Of a stretch of 32,592 bases of DNA, positions 7,802-15,458 are shown one piece after another; the first letter of the stretch is position 1, and each line of letters opens with the position of its first letter. The position numbers and the translations under genes were made by a program. The notes beneath the pieces are model-generated. The model worked only from the letters and a program-made list of their open reading frames with translations. It had not been told where the DNA came from and ran no database searches. Source of the DNA: an uncultured archaeon (GTDB lineage Archaea > Asgardarchaeota > Lokiarchaeia > Sigyniarchaeales > SOKP01); NCBI GenBank assembly GCA_964447495.1, contig CAYUTF010000017.1, positions 17,904-50,495 on the forward strand, given 5' to 3'.

Positions 7802-9880
7802 ATGGAAGCTTGGGCGATATGGTTAATTCCATTGATTGGTTCCTTTATAGCATATGGGATTGCGAAGAGGAGGAAGTCATACGCCGGATATTTTTCGTTA
7901 GGTATATCAATTATGTGTTTTTTTTTATCCGTAAAAATTTTATATGATATGATCACATCTCCACTATCTCTCCCCTACCAAGACACATTCAATTTATTTT
8001 ACGGTTTTGGAGTAGCTTATTTAGAATTTGGTATATTAATTGATGAGTTTAGTGTACTTATAATAATTATTATCGCATTTATTTCAATTTTGATTTTTAT
8101 TTATAGCTTGGGTTACATGCGTGAAGAAATCGATTTAGGGCGATATTGGTTTTGGATGAATTTCTCATTAGGTTCTATGTTTCTTTTGGTAATATCGAAT
8201 AATTTTATTGAAATGCTATTAGCATTTCTAATGGTCAGTCTTTGTAATTGGGGACTAATCTCATTCTGGTATAAAAAAACAAACCCAAGTCTGGTTCCTG
8301 GTTTTGATACTGATGGAAAATATAATAGACACTGTGGAACTAAGGCACTAATAACTATATTTATCGCTGGGTGCTTTATGGAGGTTGCAATTATTTTACT
8401 CGAATTCGCTACTATGAATTCTTTTGGTCATCCTACTTCAAATTTTTTGACTCTTAGTAAAGATAATTGTTGGGTAACTAAACTTTTAAATGCTGGAATC
8501 CTTCCTCTATTCTCAATATTGATAATTTCAAGTTCTCTCGCAATAAGTGCTCAGTTCCCATTTCATGATTGGCTTCCTGAGTCGACAGCTGGGCCTATAA
8601 CTGCTTCCACATTAATGTTTTCCGCGACTACGATAAATGCAGGTGTTTATATACTTGGTAGGCTCTTTTTAATAAATTATGACTTATATTCTTTATCAGT
8701 TGCTTCTGAGCTCTCATTAATATTTGAAATTGCGATTGTATGCGGACTAATAACTATTATATTAACTGGTGCTTATGGAATAGTAGCGAGGGATCTAAAG
8801 AGAATTCTTGCTTTTTCAACCTCAAATCAGTTGGGATACATATTCTTTATATTCGGTGTTGCAGGTCTTTATCTTAATTATTCAGCATTTGTTGCAGGTG
8901 TTCTTTATATCCTCGCACATAGCATATTTAATTCGCTTCTTTTTTTAAGTTCTGGCTTAATAATACACTCAACAGGTATCAAAAATGTCTATGAAATGGG
9001 CTCTCTTAGAAAATATATGAAAAAGACTTATATCTTAATGATTATAGGAGCATTTTCGATTGTTGGAATCCCTCCATTGGTGGGATATCTCAGCATTCAA
9101 CTTATAGTTAACGAAATATTTGTTCTCCCTGCATGGATTACTATTCTATTTATCATGACATTTCTCCTAACTAACCTATATATATTTAGAATGATTGGGC
9201 TTATATTTTTTGGGACCGAGAGTGAGAAAATTAAAAAAATCGAGACAATGGAAAAAGTACACAAGCCTACCTCCATAATGACAGTTCCTCTAATTATTTT
9301 AGCCACTTTATCTTTTGGATTAATCTTTTTTTACCCTACTATTATTAATTTTATATCTAGAAGTATTCCACTGGATATCTCATTTGATAAACTATTGTAT
9401 TTCCTTTCTAATACATATTTGTCTATTGGTAGTTATATAATTGTTACATTACTTATAGTGGGCTTATTAATAACCTATCCTTTCTATTTCACAAGAAAAA
9501 TCTCTACTCGTGCTATAACATCAAAATATCTCATAAAAGATATACATAAATTGTTAAAGAAGCGAGTGATCTTTAATCCTCTTTATTATTCATTCTACCA
9601 AGGGATTTTTAAATTAGGAAATGCCACAAAAAACTTCCATCAATCAATTGATAAGCTTTATTACGGTGTTGGCCAAAGGATTACTAAATTAGGAAATGCC
9701 ACAAAAAACTTCCATCAATCACTTGATAAATTTTATTGCAGGCTTGCGTATAGTGTTAGAAAGAGTGGTGATCATATAAGAAAATTCCACACTGGAAAGA
9801 TAAATTTAAATTTGATTTATTATGTTATCAGTATATTTTTATCCCTTATTATTATATATGCGTTGGTGAAGCTGAGTTAA
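7802..9880 (+). CDS. nuoL: NuoL/MrpA-like antiporter-type subunit with degenerate proton-channel residues
   Basis: IYSLGYM, SAQFPFHDWLP, GP, DLKRILAFST.NQLGY, C-terminal lateral helix + HTG + TM16. Confidence 0.92.
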   Translation: MEAWAIWLIPLIGSFIAYGIAKRRKSYAGYFSLGISIMCFFLSVKILYDMITSPLSLPYQDTFNLFYGFGVAYLEFGILIDEFSVLIIIIIAFISILIFIYSLGYMREEIDLGRYWFWMNFSLGSMFLLVISNNFIEMLLAFLMVSLCNWGLISFWYKKTNPSLVPGFDTDGKYNRHCGTKALITIFIAGCFMEVAIILLEFATMNSFGHPTSNFLTLSKDNCWVTKLLNAGILPLFSILIISSSLAISAQFPFHDWLPESTAGPITASTLMFSATTINAGVYILGRLFLINYDLYSLSVASELSLIFEIAIVCGLITIILTGAYGIVARDLKRILAFSTSNQLGYIFFIFGVAGLYLNYSAFVAGVLYILAHSIFNSLLFLSSGLIIHSTGIKNVYEMGSLRKYMKKTYILMIIGAFSIVGIPPLVGYLSIQLIVNEIFVLPAWITILFIMTFLLTNLYIFRMIGLIFFGTESEKIKKIETMEKVHKPTSIMTVPLIILATLSFGLIFFYPTIINFISRSIPLDISFDKLLYFLSNTYLSIGSYIIVTLLIVGLLITYPFYFTRKISTRAITSKYLIKDIHKLLKKRVIFNPLYYSFYQGIFKLGNATKNFHQSIDKLYYGVGQRITKLGNATKNFHQSLDKFYCRLAYSVRKSGDHIRKFHTGKINLNLIYYVISIFLSLIIIYALVKLS
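9581..9739 (+). repeat. 75-bp (25-aa) in-frame tandem duplication in the NuoL lateral helix
   Basis: 37 identical bp at 9610-9646 and 9685-9721; protein KLGNATKNFHQS(I/L)DK twice. Confidence 0.95.
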
Positions 9881-9881
9881 T

Positions 9882-11390
9882 ATGTCAGAATTAGTATTTT
9901 TAACAAGTAAGTATCTATTTCCCATAATTATACCCCTAATTACAGCTATTATAGTTTTAATAACCGGAAAGTGTCGGGAAAATAAAGTAATATTAGGAGC
10001 TATTAGCACAGGTGGTTCATCTCTAGTTGTGTTCTTTTCCTTATGCAATCTTATCGAGTCATTGACTACTCCAATTCTTCTCGATTTTCATACCGGAGGA
10101 ACAATTATTGCAATTGATGGTCTTTCTGCATTAATATCACTTTTTTCCTCCATTCTAGGGACGATAATATCTCTTTACAGTATTGGTTACTTAGAGGAAA
10201 AACGAATAACAGAATATTATTTTCTGCTTTTGTTAATGATATCGGCACTAAATGGTGTAGCATATTCGGGTGATCTCATAACCCTTTTTGTGTTTACTGA
10301 ATTTCTCGCAATTACCGCTTATATTCTAGTTGCTTTTTACAGAAATAAGGAATCTATTGAAGCGTCATTTAAGTATATCATAATGGGCTCAATTGGTGCT
10401 GCTTTAGTGTTGTTTGCACTATCATTTGTCTACATCATCGCAGGCACTACTAATTTGACAGAATTAAATAGTGCATTAAATGATCAACCCCTTACCATTT
10501 ATTATTTCCTTTTTATCATGTTCGTACTTGGATTTGGTGTGAAGGCAGCAATCTTTCCACTCCACACATGGTTGCCGGACGCACATTCAGCAGCTCCATC
10601 TGGAGTAAGTGCAATGCTTTCGGGAATTGTTATTGAAATAGAAATGTTCGCATTAATAAAAGTATTAGTCTCTATCTTTTATAACGAGATTTTATTATCT
10701 TTTGACAATATAATGGTAATCTTTTTGCTTATAATATCTGCGTTAACTATAACAATTCCAAATTTAACTGCACTAGTACAAGAAGATATAAAAAGAATGC
10801 TAGCCTATTCCAGTGTCTATAATATAGGTTTGATGATAGTAGGTATAGCGATAGGTACTCCTTTCGCACTAGCAGCAACAATATTTCATATTCTAAATCA
10901 TGGAATATCAAAAGCGACCATGTTTATTTGTGCTGGATCATTTATAAAAGAGGGGAAAACAAGGGAAATAAAGAAGTTGATGGGGATCGGAACTAAAATG
11001 AAAGTTACAGGGATGATATTTGCCCTAAGCGCATTTTACTTAGCAGCATTTCCACCATTAGCTATGTTTTGGAGTAAGCTATTTCTGATAGAAGCTGCAA
11101 TTGGATCATCACAACAAGTTGGTTGGATGGGGATTATGATCGCAATTATAATCGTAGTGAACACTGTGATTTCTATAGGCTATTATTATGGCGTTTTAGT
11201 AAAAAACATAGTCATTGTTCCCGAAAATCAGATTTCAGAAGAAGTTCATAATGCCTTAGAAAAAAACAATACGATATTAGCGTCCGAGGTAACACTTTTC
11301 ATTATAATGCTACTAGTATCCATTATGTCGTTATTCATTTGGGGATTTATTTGTAAATGTGTAGATTCTTTCTTATCTGTTTATAGTTGA
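9882..11390 (+). CDS. NuoN/NuoM/MbhH (MrpD)-like antiporter subunit
   Basis: VFTEF (TM5 Glu), GVKAAIFPLHTWLPDAH, KRMLAYSS, NHGISKA, FWSKL. Confidence 0.92.
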   Translation: MSELVFLTSKYLFPIIIPLITAIIVLITGKCRENKVILGAISTGGSSLVVFFSLCNLIESLTTPILLDFHTGGTIIAIDGLSALISLFSSILGTIISLYSIGYLEEKRITEYYFLLLLMISALNGVAYSGDLITLFVFTEFLAITAYILVAFYRNKESIEASFKYIIMGSIGAALVLFALSFVYIIAGTTNLTELNSALNDQPLTIYYFLFIMFVLGFGVKAAIFPLHTWLPDAHSAAPSGVSAMLSGIVIEIEMFALIKVLVSIFYNEILLSFDNIMVIFLLIISALTITIPNLTALVQEDIKRMLAYSSVYNIGLMIVGIAIGTPFALAATIFHILNHGISKATMFICAGSFIKEGKTREIKKLMGIGTKMKVTGMIFALSAFYLAAFPPLAMFWSKLFLIEAAIGSSQQVGWMGIMIAIIIVVNTVISIGYYYGVLVKNIVIVPENQISEEVHNALEKNNTILASEVTLFIIMLLVSIMSLFIWGFICKCVDSFLSVYS

Positions 11391-11404
11391 GGTGTCATTT
11401 TTAT

Positions 11405-11899
11405 ATGTCTGAAGGAATTAGTTTTTTAAAACAACTTAAAGAGGATTCATTAGAATATATAGAAGATAAAAATATCTTTTTTTTTAAAATTAGGGAAAAG
11501 GATTATCTCAATATCGCAAAATACCTCAAAGACCATGGGTTCCGAAGATTATTAACTTTAAGTGCGGTGGACTGGATAAAAGATGATTCATTTGAGATAT
11601 TTTTTATCTTACATATTATGAACAAGAATATCTATATTAAAGTTTCCACACGCATTCCACGTAGAGAGAATGTTAAAATTGAAAGCTTATCCAAGTTATG
11701 GCCGAATGCTGCGTTGCACGAAAGAGAGGTATGGGAAATGTTCGGTATTATCTTTGAGGGGAATAAAATGTTAAAACCATTATTTTTAGAAAATTGGATA
11801 GGTCCACCTCCCTTTAGAAAGGATTTTGATTGGAGGAAATATGTCAAAAGGAATTTCAACATAATGATGCCAGAGTTTAAAAGAGATGATGGAAAATGA
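11405..11899 (+). CDS. nuoC: NuoC/MbxK-like subunit
   Basis: LSAVDW, WPNAALHEREVWEMFGIIFEG, PFRKDF; ATG at 11405 preferred over TTG at 11387. Confidence 0.93.
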   Translation: MSEGISFLKQLKEDSLEYIEDKNIFFFKIREKDYLNIAKYLKDHGFRRLLTLSAVDWIKDDSFEIFFILHIMNKNIYIKVSTRIPRRENVKIESLSKLWPNAALHEREVWEMFGIIFEGNKMLKPLFLENWIGPPPFRKDFDWRKYVKRNFNIMMPEFKRDDGK

Positions 11900-13896
11900 T
11901 TAAGAGAGCATTTAATATATTAAAAACAGGGGTAAAACTATTTATAAAAAAACCAATTACATTCAAATTTCCTCCAGAGTCACCAATCTCAAAGAAATTT
12001 AGGGGACGGCATATCTTTCATCCAGAAAAATGTATATCTTGTGGGATATGTTTTAGAATCTGTCCTAATAAAGCGATTAATATGGTAGAACGACAAAAAG
12101 ATGGAAGAATTGTCTATTATCCAAGTATTAATTATTCAAAGTGTTGTTTTTGCGGACTGTGTCTCGATTTATGTCCTACAAAAGCTCTTGATACAACAAA
12201 TTTTTCTATAATAATTTCGATAAATAAAAAAGATTTAATTTTCACACCCGAAAAGTTGGCTCAACAACCAGTGTTAGAACATCCTGAAAAACCAAAGAGG
12301 AAAAATATTGTAAGTTGGGCGCGTTCAAGGAGCTTATGGATAACAAACTATTTTGTTGGATGCTGTTTCATAGAAGCAATACCATGGATTGGTAGTGGAT
12401 TTGATATGGAAAGATTTGGGATGATTGCAAAAGGAAGCCCGTTACATTCGGATGTACTTCTTATAGGGGGCTATGTGACTTATAAAACATTAAAGAGGAT
12501 AATTAGTATATATAAAGCGATGCCTCAACCTAAATTTGTATTGGTTCTTGGAAACTGTCCTATGACAGGAGGAACATATTGGGATAGTTACAATACCATA
12601 AAAAAGATTGATGATTATATCCCTGTGGATATATGGATCGCTGGATGTCCGACTAGACCAGAGTCAATAGGTTTTGCTGCCTACCATGCAATACTAGCTA
12701 TCGAAAGCGGATATATGCCGAGGGAAATAAAAGTTAGAACAAAGAAGAAGATTCAATATAGAAATACAGATGATTTAAAAGTAGAACCAATCATAAAGAA
12801 AATTAGAACCGATGAGAGGATACTTTCATTTGGCCCTCAACATCCAGCATCAGGTAATTTTTCGCTAAGATTAAATATTAAGGGAGAAACAATATACAAT
12901 GCTGTAAGTATTGTGGGGTATCTCCACAGAGGACTTGAAAAACTCTTTGAATATAGAACGTGGTATCAAAACATAATACTTATATCACGTATTTGTGTGT
13001 TAGATGGAGCATCATATGAAATAGGATATGTTAATGCCGTAGAGAAATTATTAGAAATTGAAATTCCAGATAAAGCAAAGTATCTACGAGTAATTCAGGC
13101 AGAATTATCAAGGATTCAAAGTCATTTAATTAATTTAGGGCTCGTTGCTTATAGTAGTGGATTTGATACAGTAGCGAGGCTTGTATGGGGGGATAGAGAA
13201 AAAATACTTTTCCTCCTTGAGGCGTTATGTGGAGGTCGTATTTATCAAATATATAATATTCCAGGAGGGGTGAGGTGTGATGTCTCAGATGAATTTAAAA
13301 AAAATGCTCCGAATATAATATCATATATAAAAAATAGACTTAAAATTCTTGATGACCTCTTTATGGAAAATTTAGTTTTCAGAAAAAGAGCTATTAATTT
13401 AGGGAAAATATCTCGTGATATTGCAATAGAATCTGATATTACTGGTCCCAACATTAGGGCATCAGGTGTAAAATTTGATGTGAGAAAAGCAACTCCATAT
13501 GCAGCCTACGACAAACTTCATTTCGATGTGCCAATATTTAACGATGGAGATGTATACCATAGAGTTTTAGTAAGACGACTAGAAATCGAAAAAAGCTTAA
13601 ATTTAATAGAAGAAAGTATGAATAAGTTACCTGGTGGTCCTATTAAAGTGGAATTTAGCCCCATGGATCAAATTCAAAAAGGAGAAGCAATATCTTTTGT
13701 CGAAAGTGCAAGAGGAGAGCTATGTTTTCATGTGGTAAGCGATGGGGGACAATATCCTTATAGAATTAAAGTAAGGGGGCCCACATTTGATTCCATTCTT
13801 TTTTTGTTGCCAAAATTACTGAAAGGGTATTTTCTAGCTGATTTACCATTAATTTACTGGAGTCTGGATAATTGTCCCGCAGATCATGATAGATGA
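11896..13896 (+). CDS. Fused NuoI-NuoB-NuoD (MbxN-MbxJ-MbxL-like) catalytic module, MBS-type two-Cys active site
   Basis: Two CxxCxxCxxxCP motifs; GCCFIE...GNC...GCP.RPE; FGPQHP, GYLHRGLEK, RICVLD, ESARGE, DNCPADHDR. Confidence 0.93.
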   Translation: MIKRAFNILKTGVKLFIKKPITFKFPPESPISKKFRGRHIFHPEKCISCGICFRICPNKAINMVERQKDGRIVYYPSINYSKCCFCGLCLDLCPTKALDTTNFSIIISINKKDLIFTPEKLAQQPVLEHPEKPKRKNIVSWARSRSLWITNYFVGCCFIEAIPWIGSGFDMERFGMIAKGSPLHSDVLLIGGYVTYKTLKRIISIYKAMPQPKFVLVLGNCPMTGGTYWDSYNTIKKIDDYIPVDIWIAGCPTRPESIGFAAYHAILAIESGYMPREIKVRTKKKIQYRNTDDLKVEPIIKKIRTDERILSFGPQHPASGNFSLRLNIKGETIYNAVSIVGYLHRGLEKLFEYRTWYQNIILISRICVLDGASYEIGYVNAVEKLLEIEIPDKAKYLRVIQAELSRIQSHLINLGLVAYSSGFDTVARLVWGDREKILFLLEALCGGRIYQIYNIPGGVRCDVSDEFKKNAPNIISYIKNRLKILDDLFMENLVFRKRAINLGKISRDIAIESDITGPNIRASGVKFDVRKATPYAAYDKLHFDVPIFNDGDVYHRVLVRRLEIEKSLNLIEESMNKLPGGPIKVEFSPMDQIQKGEAISFVESARGELCFHVVSDGGQYPYRIKVRGPTFDSILFLLPKLLKGYFLADLPLIYWSLDNCPADHDR

Positions 13897-14243
13897 GCAA
13901 TGTAAAATATACTGTTACTTATAATTTTAAATTGAGATTCTTAGAAACTAAAATAATAATTGATAAAATATCCCAATTTAAATTTTTAGTTAATCTATTA
14001 ATATTTTACCTTCAGAGTTTTACAGTTTTTAAGAAATAAAAAGATAATGGAGTAATTGGTTAAAAATTAAAAAATGTTGTAAACGAATTCCTCTTTATGA
14101 ACTGAATAGAAAAAAAATTGATAATTGGCTTCATTAAATTACAATTTAACAAACTTACTAATCATATACTTGATATGAAAATTTAAAGAATAATCAGTGT
14201 TTCACGATCTTACTTCTTAATTTTCCTGATATTGAATCTAGAT

Positions 14244-14870
14244 TTATTTCCTATCATGCAGCATTTCCCACATAGGCAACTGTAATGTTGGAACCATAAT
14301 TTTTTTTAATACTTTAAAACCTAATCTTTCATAGAGCCTAACATTTTTTTCAGTTTCGGTTTCTAAGTAAATAGGAATCTCAGGAGGGAGATGAGCTAAC
14401 ATATTATTAATTAAACGTGATCCAATCCCTTTTCCTTGATGGTCAGGTGCCACTCCTATTACATATAGATAAAGATAGGTTCCTTTCATGTTAATTTCGC
14501 GGTCTTTGGTGATAATTTCAAAGACTTCCTGAATAAGTTTTCCTATTTTACTTCCCATTTTCATGGCACTCCTTAAGGCTCCACTCATTAACAAGCGAAA
14601 GAAACCCATTTTAATATAGTCAGAGGGTATCCATGCCACAATTCCTTCTAAATTGGGAGATGAGGCTAAAACAACCCCATATTTAAGACTATATTTGAGA
14701 GGCACTCCAAAAACAAATGAGAATTTATCAGGATCATCTTTAAGAATCGCTTTCCATATTGGATCTTCTTGAAATGCCAAACCTAATACTTCACATGCCC
14801 TAGAATAATCTTTAGAAGTTAAACGATAAAGATCAGAAATTGATGGAATAATTAAATTATTTTTTTTCAT
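14244..14870 (-). CDS. GNAT family N-acetyltransferase
   Basis: AFQEDP, YLYVIGVAPDHQGKGIGS, YLET, NVRLYERLGF. Confidence 0.92.
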   Translation of the reverse strand: MKKNNLIIPSISDLYRLTSKDYSRACEVLGLAFQEDPIWKAILKDDPDKFSFVFGVPLKYSLKYGVVLASSPNLEGIVAWIPSDYIKMGFFRLLMSGALRSAMKMGSKIGKLIQEVFEIITKDREINMKGTYLYLYVIGVAPDHQGKGIGSRLINNMLAHLPPEIPIYLETETEKNVRLYERLGFKVLKKIMVPTLQLPMWEMLHDRK

Positions 14871-14954
14871 TATTAATTATCAACCTTTAGGGAATTAAAA
14901 CCCTTCTCATTCTCTCGAATTATGGCAGTTCTTCTAACTTTATTTATATTTATA

Positions 14955-15311
14955 TCACAAATGGAGCTGTTTTATTCTTTCTCGAGTATACTGCGACTTT
15001 AGGTAATCAGTTATAGATTGAAGCCTTTGTTCAAATGATAGTGTCTCATCATAAATCATTTTTCGCATGAGAGCTTGGTATTTCCCTTCTACTTTTTCTA
15101 TAAATGTATTGTGCTCTGTTTGAATAAGTCGTATTTTCGGTTGTTTCTGTATATAATCAATCAATTTCAACCATGTTTCCGCAGAACTGGGATTTAATCC
15201 GATATCTTTTAACCGACTTTTTGGAAAGGGTTTATCATGCGAATTAATGAATTTAAAGATATCTTCTACCCGTTCTTGAATGGTTCTCCGTTTTGGTTTT
15301 TTATCTAACAT
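14955..15311 (-). CDS. Hypothetical winged-helix-like DNA-binding protein
   Basis: Basic N-terminus; helix-PKSRLKDIGLNPSSAETWLKLI-helix followed by a beta wing. Confidence 0.5.
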   Translation of the reverse strand: MLDKKPKRRTIQERVEDIFKFINSHDKPFPKSRLKDIGLNPSSAETWLKLIDYIQKQPKIRLIQTEHNTFIEKVEGKYQALMRKMIYDETLSFEQRLQSITDYLKSQYTRERIKQLHL

Positions 15312-15358
15312 TCCTATATAATATATTATTGTATCTTTGATATTTAAAGATTGGTATG

Positions 15359-15382
15359 TTATTGGATCTTAGAATCCAATAA
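15359..15382. promoter_or_regulatory. Inverted repeat TTATTGGAT-N6-ATCCAATAA between divergent genes
   Basis: Perfect 9-bp arms; lies in the 147-bp intergenic region. Confidence 0.5.
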
Positions 15383-15458
15383 GAAAATCTTTATTTATTG
15401 ATGCTTTATTAATAAATAGTATTACAATAGATTTTTTAACTCATTCAGTTGAAAAAGA

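Noticed and set aside
11896-13896. Group 4 [NiFe]-hydrogenase call
   Set aside because: Both CxxC motifs are CxxD, so only two of the four Ni-Fe ligands remain; there is no C-terminal maturation extension and no maturation genes nearby.
5674-13896. Canonical NADH:quinone oxidoreductase call
   Set aside because: No NuoEFG, only two antiporter subunits, and the NuoD quinone-site RLDY motif is replaced by RICV.
13861-13910. Selenocysteine read-through of the TGA ending the catalytic subunit
   Set aside because: The TGA follows the natural DR terminus, not a Cys position, and a TAA follows within three codons.
13897-14243. Long AT-rich intergenic region (also 24290-24595) as ncRNA or CRISPR
   Set aside because: No regularly spaced repeats, GC-rich stems or convincing reading frames seen.
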